A DNA stretch of 64,000 bases from Alphaproteobacteria bacterium (GTDB lineage Bacteria > Pseudomonadota > Alphaproteobacteria > GCA-2731375). The DNA is taken from assembly GCA_965232515.1 (NCBI GenBank), contig CBDDPY010000002.1:2528001-2592000 (forward strand), given 5' to 3'. The notes beneath the pieces were generated by a model, which saw only the letters and a list, made by a program, of their open reading frames with translations, had not been told where the DNA came from and did not search any database. This document shows, one piece after another, positions 9,781 through 17,728 of the stretch (positions are counted from its first letter, which is position 1; the number at the start of each line of letters is the position of its first letter). Position numbers and translations under genes: made by a program.

Positions 9781-10260
9781 ATGCTGAACAGGTATGTCAT
9801 GTCCGCCCTCGTGGCGTGTACGGGTTTGACCTTTGGCGCATCAGGCGCCGTTGCTGGTGATGTGAGTTGGCGAAGTTGCTGGGCCGGCACGAGCCAGACC
9901 GTCGTGCGCGGCGAAGGCGACCTCTCTTTCAGCACGGTGTTTTTCGGAACCACGGTGACCGATGATCCGGCGGATAAGCTGCACATGTCGTCCTTCAAAT
10001 GTGTGTCGGCGGGCGACATCCACGGCGGGAAGGCGGTCAGTACCGGCTATTGCCAGTCGGTGGACGCCGACGGCGACAAGTTCTTTTCGACCTACGAAGT
10101 GGTCGACGGCGCCGGTCCCCTGACGTTTACCGGCGGTACGGGCAAGTTCGACAAGGGCTCGGGCGTCGTTCAGATAAAGACGATTGGGCAGTTCCCGGGC
10201 ATTGAGTCGGGCAAGTTCCAGGGCTGCAACAACGGAAAGGGGTCCTACACCCTCCGCTAG
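9781..10260 (+). CDS. Secreted hypothetical protein, paralog of 9238-9723
   Basis: GAGGAG RBS; signal peptide; CQSVDADGDKFF and GGTGKFD motifs. Confidence 0.75.
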   Translation: MLNRYVMSALVACTGLTFGASGAVAGDVSWRSCWAGTSQTVVRGEGDLSFSTVFFGTTVTDDPADKLHMSSFKCVSAGDIHGGKAVSTGYCQSVDADGDKFFSTYEVVDGAGPLTFTGGTGKFDKGSGVVQIKTIGQFPGIESGKFQGCNNGKGSYTLR

Positions 10261-10284
10261 CTGCCGGCCAACGGATCCGCCGCC

Positions 10285-11010
10285 TCAGATCTGCCGGTCG
10301 CGGATGGCGATAATGGCGGCGTGGTGCTTGTTGCGGGCGCCGAGCTTTCGCACCGCCTTGCCCAGGTGATAATTCACCGTCGAGGCGGCGACGCAGATGA
10401 TCTCGGCGATCTCGTCGGTGGTCTTGCCCTCGGCGGTCCAGCGCAGGCATTCGCGCTCGCGCGCCGACAGCGCCGGCATGGCGGTCGTCTCGTCGCCGCG
10501 CAGAAAGCCGATCATCCGGTCGTGCACCTGCACCGCGGTCAGCTGTAGTGCGTTGCGTCGCACCGCGACGGCATCCACTAGGTCCCGGCTGCGGGTGCCG
10601 ACCACCGAGAACACGCCGATATCGCCGTCCGGCCCCGAGACCGGCACGGAATAGCCGTTGACGATGCGGAACTCGCGCGCCTCGTAGAAGATCTGCCGCT
10701 GTGACTTGCGGAACGGCCGGAGGAAGCCATCGCTGCCCCAGGTGAACGGCAGGCGCGATCGCGCGCCCAGATCGGCGACGGGGTCGTAGAGCTTGTAGGA
10801 CCGGCCGAGATAGCGGCTGCGCCATTCCTCGGGATAGTTCGTGACCAGCGTGGAATCGGTGTTGCCGCGCGACGAACGCGGCATGCGCAGAACAAGGTAG
10901 GAGTAGTACGGCAGCCCCAGATCGCCGACATAGCGCTCCAAGACCCGGCCGACCTCGTCCGGCGAGCCGCAGGTCTCAAACGGATTATGATCGATCGCCG
11001 GCAATGACAT
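10285..11010 (-). CDS. LuxR family regulator with autoinducer-binding domain (no luxI in window)
   Basis: TNYPEEWRSRY, YDPV, LPFTW, NGYSVP; HTH LSARERECLRWTAEGKT...KLGARNK; start ATG11010. Confidence 0.92.
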   Translation of the reverse strand: MSLPAIDHNPFETCGSPDEVGRVLERYVGDLGLPYYSYLVLRMPRSSRGNTDSTLVTNYPEEWRSRYLGRSYKLYDPVADLGARSRLPFTWGSDGFLRPFRKSQRQIFYEAREFRIVNGYSVPVSGPDGDIGVFSVVGTRSRDLVDAVAVRRNALQLTAVQVHDRMIGFLRGDETTAMPALSARERECLRWTAEGKTTDEIAEIICVAASTVNYHLGKAVRKLGARNKHHAAIIAIRDRQI

Positions 11011-11239
11011 TTGTCTTGCTGCTTTGTGGCCACCCCGCCGTGCCGCCGAACGGTAACATCCGGATTGGCCCGGCAACAAGACAGCGACGACCGGTAATTC
11101 GAAGCAGGAATGCGCCATTTCAAGCCGTTTTCGGCCGAAATCGCGTGCTTTTTGCAAACTTTGCCAGTGTACGGCCGGCTTTGGCGGTGCTTTTCTGAAG
11201 GTTCGACCGATGACAAGGCTTCTGACAGGGAGAACAGAC

Positions 11240-12493
11240 ATGTCGTCACTCAGAAATCGGGGTCGCCGCTGGGCCGCCACCGTCGGTGTCGCGGGCGGGA
11301 TCGCCGTGGCCGCCTGGTCGGGCGCGCTGGCCGACACCGTCAAGATCGGCGTGCTGGCGCCGCTGACCGGTCCGTCGGCGTCGGACGGCGAGGAATTCGT
11401 GCGCGGGGTCGAATGGGCCGTCGAGGAGGCGAACGCCAAGGGCGGCGTTGCCGGCCATACCTTCGAGGTCGTGGTCGCCGACGTGAAGGACCATTCCGCC
11501 GCCAACGTCAGCAGCGCCGCCGAACGCCTGCTCGGCACCGATGGCGTGCACGTGATCCTGACGGGCTACGCCAGCCTGTCGATGTTCGAGGTCGATCTCA
11601 TGGCCGAGGCCGGCATGCCCTATCTCGCCGCCGGGCCGTCGCCGTCCTTCGCCGCCATCGTCTCGCAGGACCCGGACTATTACTGGTGCTGCTGGTCCTA
11701 CACCGCGTCCTTCAAGGGCTACGAGACCGACGTGCTGCCGGCGATCGAGAGCCTGGGCGCGCAGGGCAAGATCGCCATCCGCGACAAAAAAGTCGCGATG
11801 ATCTCGTCCGACAACCCCTATTCCAAGACCATCTCGGAGGGCATGAAGAAGGTCTTCGACGCCGCCGGCTGGCAGATCACCGTCGACGAGATGGTGCCGT
11901 TCGGCGAGGTCGGCGACTGGCGCGCGATCCTCGCGAAAGTCCGCCAAGACCCGCCGGATCTGGTCATCAACACCGACTATCTGCCCGGCAATTCGGCGCT
12001 GTTCCTGAAGCAGTTCCTGGAGAAGCCGACCGACAGCGTCGTCTTCCTGCAATACGCGCCGTCGGTGCCCGAGTTCGTCGAGCTGACCGGGGCGCAGTCG
12101 ACGGGCGTGCTCTACAACCTGATCGGCGGGCCGCTGGATTCGCCGGGCTGGCCGCGCGGCCAGAAGCTGATGCGCGCTTTCGAAGAACGCTATGGCGTGA
12201 CATCGGGCGCCTACGGCGTCGGCCTCTACGAGATGACCAACATGTATTTCATGGCGCTGGAAAAAGTCGGCGACCCGACCGACCACGAGGCCATCGGCCG
12301 CACCATCGGCACGCTGAAGACCGACTCCGTCGCCGGGCCCATCGAGTTCGATCCGGCGACGCACGTGGCGCTGCAAAGCGACGACCACGTGCCGGTGTCG
12401 TTCTGGCAGATCTGGGACGGCGATCGCGTGCTGATCAAGCCCGACAAGTACGCCAACGGCGATTTCCGGCTGCCGCCCTGGATCGCGCAATAG
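11240..12493 (+). CDS. Liv/HAAT-type ABC transporter substrate-binding protein
   Basis: Signal peptide; VKIGVLAPLTGPSASDG...EANAKGGVAG; GGGAG RBS. Confidence 0.88.
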   Translation: MSSLRNRGRRWAATVGVAGGIAVAAWSGALADTVKIGVLAPLTGPSASDGEEFVRGVEWAVEEANAKGGVAGHTFEVVVADVKDHSAANVSSAAERLLGTDGVHVILTGYASLSMFEVDLMAEAGMPYLAAGPSPSFAAIVSQDPDYYWCCWSYTASFKGYETDVLPAIESLGAQGKIAIRDKKVAMISSDNPYSKTISEGMKKVFDAAGWQITVDEMVPFGEVGDWRAILAKVRQDPPDLVINTDYLPGNSALFLKQFLEKPTDSVVFLQYAPSVPEFVELTGAQSTGVLYNLIGGPLDSPGWPRGQKLMRAFEERYGVTSGAYGVGLYEMTNMYFMALEKVGDPTDHEAIGRTIGTLKTDSVAGPIEFDPATHVALQSDDHVPVSFWQIWDGDRVLIKPDKYANGDFRLPPWIAQ

Positions 12494-12526
12494 CCGGCGT
12501 CACGCGCTGGTGTAACCTGCTTGGCC

Positions 12527-13273
12527 ATGGCTGAGGGGGGCAGAGAAACGCTGTTCCGCGCCGAGGGACTGGTCAAATCCTTCGGCGCGCTGACCGCGGT
12601 CGACGACGTCGGCTTCGCGGTCGCGGCCGGCGAGATCCTCGGCATCGCCGGCCCGAACGGCAGCGGCAAGAGCACGCTGTTCAATATCATCACCAACGTG
12701 CCGTTCCGGGCCGACCGCGGCCGCGTCGTCTTCGAGGGCCGGGAGATCCAATCGCTGCCCGGCCACGAGATCTGCCGCCGCGGCCTCGCCCGCACCTTCC
12801 AGCGCGAGAGCGTGTTCGCTAGCCTGCGCGCCATCGACAACGTGCTGACCGCCATCGAGCATAGCGGCGGGCGCGGCACCCAGGCCGAGAACGAGGCCCG
12901 GGCCGAGGCCGCGCTCGACCGCGTCGGCTATCCCGGCACCATGCACAACACGTTGGCGGGCGGCCTGCCGGTGTTCTTCCGCAAGCAGGTGATGATCGCC
13001 AGCGCCATGGCGCTCGGGCCCCGCCTCCTGCTGCTGGACGAGCCCGCCTCCAGCCTGACCCAGGCCGAGGTCGACCGCATGCGCGACCTGATTCTCGGCC
13101 TGCGCGATGCCGGCGTGACGATCCTGTTGATCGAGCATGTTCTGCCGCTGCTGACCGCTGTGTCGGACCGCCTGATCGTCCTCGACCAGGGCCGCCTGAT
13201 CGCCGAGGGCGCGCCGCGCGACGTCGTGCGCGACCCGCGCGTGGTCGAGGCCTATCTCGGGGTCGCCCCATGA
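12527..13273 (+). CDS. LivG-like ABC ATPase
   Basis: GPNGSGKST, GLARTFQ, LLLDEPA, LIEH, DPRVVEAYLG. Confidence 0.9.
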   Translation: MAEGGRETLFRAEGLVKSFGALTAVDDVGFAVAAGEILGIAGPNGSGKSTLFNIITNVPFRADRGRVVFEGREIQSLPGHEICRRGLARTFQRESVFASLRAIDNVLTAIEHSGGRGTQAENEARAEAALDRVGYPGTMHNTLAGGLPVFFRKQVMIASAMALGPRLLLLDEPASSLTQAEVDRMRDLILGLRDAGVTILLIEHVLPLLTAVSDRLIVLDQGRLIAEGAPRDVVRDPRVVEAYLGVAP

Positions 13274-14064
13274 CCGGCGCCGCGCCGTTGCTGGAGTTGC
13301 GCAAGCTGTCGGGCGGCTACGAGCCGATCCAGATCTTCCGCGACGTCGACCTGCGCGTCGATCCCGACAGCAGCATCGGCCTGTTCGGCCCCAACGGCCA
13401 CGGCAAGACCACGTTGCTGCGCACCGTCAGCGGCATCATCGACCCCTGGTCCGGCGATATCTTCTTCGACGGCCAGCGCCTGAACCGCGAAGGCGAGCGC
13501 GGCAGCCGCCGCTCGCGCAACTTCAACTACGACGCCGTGCGCCGCCGCCGCATGGATCCGAAAACGGTCGCGCGGGCCGGCCTGATCCAGGTGCCGCAGG
13601 GCAACCTGCTGTTCCCGGAGATGACCGTGGCCGAGACCCTGTCGGTGGCGCCGGCCGCCGCCGCCGGCCGCGCCGACGCCAAGGAATCGCTCGCCCGCGT
13701 GCACGACCTGTTCCCGCGCCTGCACGAGCGCCGCGACCAGAAGATCCGCTTTCTGTCCGGCGGCGAGCGGCAGATGGTCGCGGTCGGCGTCGGCCTGATG
13801 GCGGCGCCCAAGCTATTGATCCTGGACGAGCCGACACTGGGCCTGTCGCCGAAGCTGCGCCTGGAGCTGTGCGACGCGATCCGCGCTATCCAGGCCTCTG
13901 GCGTGCCGCTGATCGTCGTCGACCAGGACGTCGAGTTCCTGGAGCAGATCATCGATACGCTCTACCTGTTCGACCACGGCAGCATCTCCGGCCGCATCGA
14001 CAAATCGGACATGCCGTCGCACGCCGAGATCATGGCGATGCTGTTCGGCGAGCCGGCCGCATGA
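13270..14064 (+). CDS. LivF-like ABC ATPase with an Arg-rich insertion
   Basis: GPNGHGKTT, LFPRLHER, LSGGERQMV, ILDEPTLGLSP. Confidence 0.88.
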   Translation: MTGAAPLLELRKLSGGYEPIQIFRDVDLRVDPDSSIGLFGPNGHGKTTLLRTVSGIIDPWSGDIFFDGQRLNREGERGSRRSRNFNYDAVRRRRMDPKTVARAGLIQVPQGNLLFPEMTVAETLSVAPAAAAGRADAKESLARVHDLFPRLHERRDQKIRFLSGGERQMVAVGVGLMAAPKLLILDEPTLGLSPKLRLELCDAIRAIQASGVPLIVVDQDVEFLEQIIDTLYLFDHGSISGRIDKSDMPSHAEIMAMLFGEPAA

Positions 14065-14945
14065 CCGCCGAAACGTTCATGTTCGTCACGGCCGGCGGCC
14101 TGGTCCTGGGCGCGCTCTACGCCCTGATGGCGACCGGCCTTGCCGTCGTCTGGACCACGTTGGGCATCTTCAACTTCGCCCACGGCGCCTTCATCGCCGC
14201 CGGCGCCTATATCGCCTGGCAGGTCGGCGGCGCGCTCGGCGACGCGGTCGTCGCCGGCGCCCTCGCCGCCGTCGCCTTCATGTTCGTCATCGGCGTTCTG
14301 TTCCACGTGCTGCTGGTGCGGCCGTTCGAGCGGCAGCCCAACCTGGTGCTGATTTCCGTCATCACCACGCTCGCCGGCGCCGCCGTCCTTGAAAACCTGC
14401 TGAACGTGATCTGGGGCGCGCGCTCGAAGCAGATCCCGCCGCTCGCGGCCGGCGACCTCACGGCCTTCGGCGTCACCGTCTCGCACAACGAGGCCGTGCT
14501 GCTCGTCGTCGTGCTGGTGATCCTGGCGCTGCTCGGCTACTTCCTGCGCCGCACACCCCAGGGTCGGGCCATGCGCGCCGTCGCCCAGAACCGCGAGGCG
14601 GCCCAGCTCATGGGCCTCGACGTGCCGCGCCTCTACGCGCTCGCCTTCGGCCTGTCGGCGGCGCTCGCCGGGCTCGCCGGCGTGTTCATCGGCTCGATCC
14701 GCTTCATGACGCCCACGATGGGATCGGACCCGCTGCTGAAGGCCCTGATCGTCGTCATCTTCGGCGGCATCGCCCGCTTCACCAGCCCGATCTACGCCGC
14801 CTTCATCGTCGGCATGGTCGAGGCCTTCTCGACCTACTATGTCGGCCTCTACTGGACCCCCGCGGTGCTGTTCGCGCTGATGATCGCCGTGCTGATCGCC
14901 AAGCCCGAAGGCCTGTTCGGCAAATACCAGCGGTCGGTGCAGTGA
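14061..14945 (+). CDS. LivH-like ABC permease
   Basis: GALYALMATGL...IFNFAHG...GRAMRAVAQNREAAQLMG; ATGA overlap with the upstream gene. Confidence 0.9.
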   Translation: MTAETFMFVTAGGLVLGALYALMATGLAVVWTTLGIFNFAHGAFIAAGAYIAWQVGGALGDAVVAGALAAVAFMFVIGVLFHVLLVRPFERQPNLVLISVITTLAGAAVLENLLNVIWGARSKQIPPLAAGDLTAFGVTVSHNEAVLLVVVLVILALLGYFLRRTPQGRAMRAVAQNREAAQLMGLDVPRLYALAFGLSAALAGLAGVFIGSIRFMTPTMGSDPLLKALIVVIFGGIARFTSPIYAAFIVGMVEAFSTYYVGLYWTPAVLFALMIAVLIAKPEGLFGKYQRSVQ

Positions 14946-14955
14946 GACAAAAACG

Positions 14956-16809
14956 GTGAGATACGACCCGCCCTTCCACCGCGGCAACGGCCTGATCCCG
15001 GTGCTGATCGCGCTCGCCGCGCTCGCGGTCTTCCCGCTCATCGTCACCGACAGCTATTCGCGGCATCTCCTGATCCTGGCCTTCGTCTTCGCCGTCGTCG
15101 CGTCCAACTGGGATCTCAGCCTCGGCTTCGGTGGCCTGTTCAACTTCGCGCATGTGGCGCTGTTCGCCATCGGCGTCTACACCTACGGCATTGCCGCCAA
15201 GACGCTCGGCGTCTCGCCCTGGCTGGCGATCCCGCTGGGTGGGCTCGTCGCCCTGGCCGTCGCGGCCACCATCGCGTTGCCCGTGCTCCGGCTCGACGGG
15301 ATCTATGTGATCCTGGTGACGCTCGCCTTCTCGCAGCTGATCTATCAGGTCGTGATCAGCCAGTCCGACATCACCGGCGGCACCTCCGGCATGGTCACCC
15401 TGCCGGCGCTCAAGCTCGGCGACTACCGCTTCGTGCGCGACGGCAAGATCGGCTACTACTATATCGGCCTGGCGCTGCTCGTCGCCTCGACGGCGTTCCT
15501 GTATACCTTCACGCGCTCGCGCTTCGGCCGCGCTATCGTCGCGCTGCGCGACAACAAGTACTACGCGATGTCGCGCGGCATCTCCGAGGCCCGCACGCGG
15601 TTGCTGACCCTGATGGCGAGTGCGCTGTTCACCGGCATCGCCGGCGGCTTCTACGGGTCCTACGTACGCGTCGCCTCGCCCGACGCCTTCGGCCTCGGGT
15701 TTCTCACCCTGCTGCTCAGCATCCTGCTGCTGGGCGGCGCCGGCACGATCTGGGGCCCGGTCATCGCCGCCTTCGTCATCACGCTGCTGTCGGAGGCCAT
15801 CGCCGACCTCGGCGCCTGGCGCAACATCGTCATCGCCGCGCTGATCGTCGTGATCATGGTGTTCTATCCCGGCGGCATCTGGGCCGCCCTGCAGGAGCTG
15901 CGCGAATTCGCCGACGTCAAGCGCACGACGTTCCGCGCCTGGCGTCGCCGGCGGCGCGAAAAGCGCGCGCGCGAGGCCCGCCTCGGCGCCCGCGAGCGCA
16001 TGCTCAAAACGGCGCATGGCGACATCGCCATGGCCGACAGCGGCGGCGACGGACCGCCCATCCTGCTGATCCACGGCAACTCTTCCTGCAAGGAGGTCTT
16101 CGCGCATCAGTTCGCCGCCTTCCGCGACGACCACCGGCTGATCGCCTTCGACCTGCCGGGCCACGGCGTCTCCACGAACGGCGACCCCGAGACCGACTAC
16201 ACCGTCAGCGCCTATGCCGAGATCGCCGAGGCCGTGCTCGACGCGGCGCAAGCGGAAAACCCTGTTGTGCTCGGCTGGTCCCTCGGCGGCTATGTCGCGC
16301 TCGAGCTCGCCGCCCGCGGCCGACGCCCGATCCGCGGCCTCGCCATCACCGGCACGTCACCGCTGAACATCGTGCCCGACGATTTCGGCGCCGGCTACGA
16401 TGCCCACTCGCATGTCGTGCTGGCCGGCAAGCAGTTCTTCTCGGCGCACGAACGCCGCACCTTCGCCGCCGCCACCGCCGGGCCGTACAACGCCGACAGC
16501 GCCTTCCTGCACGACACCGTCGGCCGCACCGACGGCCGCGCCCGCTACTACATGATCGGCAAGCTGCCGGTCATCGACTGGCCGCGCCAGATGCGCATGC
16601 TGCGCGACGGCACCCTGCCGTTCGCCATCCTGAACGGCGCCCGGGACCCGTTCCTGAACCACGCCTATATCGCCGGCCTGACCTATGGCGATATCTGGAC
16701 CGGCCGGCCGCACGACATTCCCGACACCGGCCACGCGCCGTTCTACACCAAGCCGCAGGAATTCAACGCCGCCTTCCGCCGCTTCATGCAAGAGGCCTGC
16801 GGCCTCTAG
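14956..16809 (+). CDS. LivM-like permease fused to a C-terminal alpha/beta-hydrolase (AidH-like putative AHL lactonase)
   Basis: N-part GFGGLFNFAHVALFAIG, ITGGTSG, SRFGRAIVALRDN, LLGGAGTIWGPV; C-part from ~16000 LLIHGNSS, DLPGHG, GWSLGG, RTDGRAR, GHAPF; one continuous frame. Confidence 0.88.
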   Translation: MRYDPPFHRGNGLIPVLIALAALAVFPLIVTDSYSRHLLILAFVFAVVASNWDLSLGFGGLFNFAHVALFAIGVYTYGIAAKTLGVSPWLAIPLGGLVALAVAATIALPVLRLDGIYVILVTLAFSQLIYQVVISQSDITGGTSGMVTLPALKLGDYRFVRDGKIGYYYIGLALLVASTAFLYTFTRSRFGRAIVALRDNKYYAMSRGISEARTRLLTLMASALFTGIAGGFYGSYVRVASPDAFGLGFLTLLLSILLLGGAGTIWGPVIAAFVITLLSEAIADLGAWRNIVIAALIVVIMVFYPGGIWAALQELREFADVKRTTFRAWRRRRREKRAREARLGARERMLKTAHGDIAMADSGGDGPPILLIHGNSSCKEVFAHQFAAFRDDHRLIAFDLPGHGVSTNGDPETDYTVSAYAEIAEAVLDAAQAENPVVLGWSLGGYVALELAARGRRPIRGLAITGTSPLNIVPDDFGAGYDAHSHVVLAGKQFFSAHERRTFAAATAGPYNADSAFLHDTVGRTDGRARYYMIGKLPVIDWPRQMRMLRDGTLPFAILNGARDPFLNHAYIAGLTYGDIWTGRPHDIPDTGHAPFYTKPQEFNAAFRRFMQEACGL

Positions 16810-16841
16810 CGTCGCCGCGCCGGCTCCGCCACACTTGGGCC

Positions 16842-17375
16842 ATGACCACGATCGACACCGACCACCTGCTGCTGCGCCCGTTCGAACCGGAAGACGTCGA
16901 CGCCTACGCCGCGATCCGCGCCAAGCCCGAGGTCGTTCGCTACCTGCCCGGCGGACCCGAGAGCGCCGCCAACGCCCGGGCCAAAGCCGAACAGCTCATC
17001 CCCACCTTCGTCACCGCCTGGCGCGACCCGGGCTACGGCCCCTGGGCCGTGATCGAGCGTGCAACCGATCGACTGATCGGCCATGCCGGCCTGCGCCTGG
17101 TGCCCGAGCTCGGCGGCGAGACCGAGATCCTCTACATGCTCGACAGCGCCTGCTGGGGCCGCGGCTACGCCACAGAGGCGGCCGAGGCCGCCTGCCGCTA
17201 CGGCTTCGAGACCCTCGGTCTCGACCGCCTGATCGCGCTTGCCCTGCCCGAGAACGCCGGCTCGATCCGCGTCATGCAAAAGCTCGGCATGACCGCCGAC
17301 GGCCCGTTCGAGGCCTTCGGCATTTCCGGCATTCGTTATGTCCTTCGCCGGGATCAATGGGAGCAGCGGGCTTAG
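16842..17375 (+). CDS. RimJ/RimL-type GNAT acetyltransferase
   Basis: TDHLLLRPF, WGRGYATEAA, PENAGSIRVMQKLGM. Confidence 0.88.
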   Translation: MTTIDTDHLLLRPFEPEDVDAYAAIRAKPEVVRYLPGGPESAANARAKAEQLIPTFVTAWRDPGYGPWAVIERATDRLIGHAGLRLVPELGGETEILYMLDSACWGRGYATEAAEAACRYGFETLGLDRLIALALPENAGSIRVMQKLGMTADGPFEAFGISGIRYVLRRDQWEQRA

Positions 17376-17643
17376 CCCGCCTTTCTCACCACCCTCATGG
17401 TCTGCGTCGGGCACAGGCGTCTGCTCCGCCAGGAGCGGGCCGAAAAGCGTAGCGGGGACTACGGTTGAGGGCCGCGACGCCGCGGGCGGGCGCCTGCGCG
17501 CGACCCTTCGGGCGGCGCCGTGCTGCCGACAGGGGGCGTCGCGCTGCTTGCCCGATGCCCCACATCGCGCCGCGCAGCGCTCCTGCCCTGTCGGCAGCAC
17601 GACGCCGCGCAGACCATGAGGGTGGTGAGAAAGGCGGGCATAG
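17373..17643. mobile_element. MITE-like element, copy 1 (~270 bp)
   Basis: 32-bp perfect TIRs at 17375-17406 and 17608-17639; inverted homolog at 23272-23543; no transposase. Confidence 0.85.
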
Positions 17644-17728
17644 CCCAACGGCCTGTTCGCGCCCCGCCAAAAACGCTTCCTTAAGCCGGACGGCCTAGGC
17701 TCGCACTGGGGGCAAAGCGAGGCCAGCC

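Noticed and set aside
10285-11538. 417-aa extended LuxR; likewise extended ORFs 38195-39868, 38126-38848, 51257-52585, 62276-63523
   Set aside because: The extensions overlap neighbouring genes; homology-like sequence begins at downstream starts.
16842-17375. GNAT after the ABC operon as a possible LuxI
   Set aside because: RimJ/RimL motifs; lacks the LuxI R-x-x-V-F-x-x-x-L-x-W and E-x-D-x-x-D signatures.
17338-17698. Short ORFs inside the MITE copies
   Set aside because: GC-rich palindromic sequence with no transposase motifs; likely non-coding.
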